DNA of 64,000 bases, taken from positions 34,038,001 through 34,102,000 of the forward strand of contig JBITNC010000002.1 in NCBI GenBank assembly GCA_050084985.1, read 5' to 3'. The stretch comes from Nageia nagi. Lineage: Eukaryota; Plantae; Pinophyta. Below the pieces are notes generated by a model. The model did no database searches, had not been told where the DNA came from, and saw only the letters and a list, made by a program, of their open reading frames with translations. The position numbers were made by a program, and so were the translations under genes. Positions 61,701 to 64,000 of the stretch are shown here, in pieces. Position 1 is the first letter of the stretch, and every line of letters starts with the position of its first letter.

Positions 61701-62773
61701 TTGAATATGTTATCCTAGAGAAAAGATATCTTATTGAGGTATGACAACATAATATTTAAATTTATGAGTTGAACAATTGTTAAGTATTACAAGCATGTTT
61801 TTGCCAACTATATCATTTATGATCATATGGTGTAATTAGATCAATTTCATATCATATGTTGGTGTATATTTCATATCATATGGTACAGTTGCATTGTTTC
61901 AAACTATAAGGTGTATTTAGATAATTTCATATCATATTGTGTACTTGTCATTTCAAATCATATGGTATAGTAGCATCATTTTAGACCAATATGGTGTAAT
62001 TAGATCATTTCATATCATATGTTGGTGCATATGGATCAATTTATACCATATGGTGCACTTGATCATAAAAATATATTAGTGTATTTGGATGATTTTATAT
62101 CATATAGTGCACTTATCATTCATATAATATGGTATAATAGCATCATTTTAGATTGATATGGTGTAATGAGATAATTTCATATCATATATTGGTGCAATTT
62201 GGATCTTTTAATATCATATCCATGCACTTGATCATGAATAATATATATTGGTGAAATTGGATCATTTTATATCATATTCGTGTACTTGATCATGAACATG
62301 TCTTTATCTTTCATCATTTGCATATTATATATATATTATAAACAATTCTTGGTTAGTTCCATTGAGTCATCCTTCAAAAGTCCATGGCCAACATGATAAT
62401 TGGGCTCACTATGATTGAGCTTGGGTACCTCGAGTAACTGAGGACGATGTAGCTTTGAAGCATATGGAATACTTCTAGGCTATGTCCTATTTTTTAGAAA
62501 ATATGATAACTATGTGATGATTTACAACTACCACATATATCCATAAATTGGTAAGTAACACTATCACTTTAAAAAATAATGAGGTTGGTTCAAGGGTAGT
62601 TATATTTGCCCGTAATGGTTAATAGAGCGATGATTTATAACTGCCTCTATATGATATTAGAAGGTAGTTTTGGGTATCATATATTGCAGTGTGTTGTTGT
62701 CATTATAGATAACTATTGAAAAATATTATAGGCAATAGTTTAAAACTACCTCAAAAGATTTTTTAGTCTAGTA
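58757..62773. mobile_element. Probable non-autonomous CACTA element filled with nested tandem repeats
   Basis: CACTACAACAAAA at 58757; degenerate end ttttagtctagta at 62761-62773 (9/13 match to the expected TIR) preceded by aactacc/ggtagtt subterminal-type repeats; 3-bp TSD not conserved. Confidence 0.5.
58890..62425. repeat. Hierarchical repeats: ~25-bp atcatatggtg units, ~112-bp array (59639-60050), 130-bp duplication (60095-60345) and a ~580-bp block at ~58890 and ~61000 (partial third copy at ~62200)
   Basis: Recurring ttggatcattttatatcatatggtgcacttgatcatga and gaacttcattaccaaaatacccataaacc strings. Confidence 0.88.
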
Positions 62774-62789
62774 TGATATCAAGAAATCT

Positions 62790-64000
62790 ACTTTGCATTC
62801 ATAAGGAATACCATGAATTGGGCACTATCCTTTTTACCTCTAGCTAAGATAACATTTCTAGATAGAGACATTAGTACCAATTGATGTCTTCAAGCTAAGA
62901 AATTGATACAATGAATATGGGTGGATCCTCAGTCTATTATTTATCACACTACTAGTTGATCTATTGTTGTCCTTATTATTTCCTAACCTAGGTTGAGTGG
63001 CATATTAGAATAAGCCCATTGCTACATAATGATTTCTTATGGAGACTTTGACTAATTTTTGAAGATTCTTGAATTATATTCTCTTTAAAAAAATCATAGA
63101 AAACTAGGTATTAAGGAACTCCATCTATGTTTCCAATCTACGTTAGGAGGTTTCCATTATAACCACCACTCTATGATTGTTTGTAGTCTTAGCCATCCTA
63201 CTTAATTTTTTTAACTAATACTCCGAAATAATATAGAAAAAAAATATAATCCATGAATAGGTAGCCTACCATTTCTTCTTATTGAGATAAAGGATGCATA
63301 TATATTATTCCATGGAAGCCTCTCTAGAGTAGATTTTCCCATCTTAGAATTTTATTTAGAAAAAATAGCCAAGTGAAGGACTTCTACCTAGGTATGCCTT
63401 TGGATGACCAAAGACCTTTCCAAGGAACTTCATATGGGAAAGTCTCTAATATACTTTTGTAGCTTGACTTGACTATGTAAGATTTTGAAGCATTTCCATT
63501 TCATATTATTTTTTTATAATCCTCCATAAGGGTAATAGAATTCTACAACTTGTTCATCAAGCCTTCAAGGGCCCTACTTAGATTTTTGTCTCCTTCAAAC
63601 CTTAAATGCTTGCATCTTCCTTCACGTATCTTACTATATAGTCATTAAGGTGGTAGTTCTATTCATCTTATAATCTAGCTTGGAGTGTTGGAATATTGAG
63701 AAAAGGGCTTGAGTTATACTAGATATCTTCCCATAAATTGATTTTGGATCCTTCCCCTACCTTTCATTCATATTTATCTTTTATAACTTTGACTCCTTCC
63801 TGAATATGCATCCATATGGTCAAGCTTCCTCTAATTTGGTTGTCTTTTAGAATTGAGCTTGGATCTTTATTTTGAAGATATTAATCTTTGATAATATTTG
63901 ACCAAAGTGTTTCATCTAGATAGGTTAATCTCCAAACTAGCTTTTCAACCATCACCTTACTTAAAGCTATGAATTTTTTGAGTCCTAGGCCATCATGGGA
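62790..64000 (-). mobile_element. Decayed Ty3/Gypsy gag-protease region (runs off the window)
   Basis: Minus-strand IID*GSTH (aspartyl protease LIDSGSTH) at ~62915-62945, preceded by gag-like decayed coding sequence. Confidence 0.6.

Overview
AT-rich, CpG-depleted plant nuclear DNA; the giant TE-filled introns and TE types suggest a gymnosperm (inference). The only host gene I can support is a 7-exon aldo-keto reductase (AKR13 / perakine-reductase / auxin-induced-AKR type) on the minus strand, 53119 to 17670. It has about 1.03 kb of CDS spread over 35.4 kb, GT-AG introns of 0.1-11.6 kb, and two single-base deletions (exons 5 and 6) that are either recent pseudogenisation or long-read homopolymer errors. 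Everything else recognisable is transposon-derived: three Copia elements, Gypsy remnants, two solo LTRs, two hAT-type MITEs with 8-bp TSDs, two tRNA-derived SINEs, two LINE remnants, a probable CACTA element and two related Helitrons. Most interesting: (1) both Helitrons carry, near their 3' ends, the same ~75-aa spliced ORF of unknown function, with many synonymous differences between the copies; (2) the intronic Helitron has a Helitron2/Helentron-like Rep-PIF1 but a hairpin+CTAG 3' end; (3) an L1-type LINE has lost almost all of ORF2 but carries a third ORF before its poly(A). A near-identical 1481-bp triplication and a 370-bp duplication differ only at homopolymers or by small indels and may be assembly artefacts.
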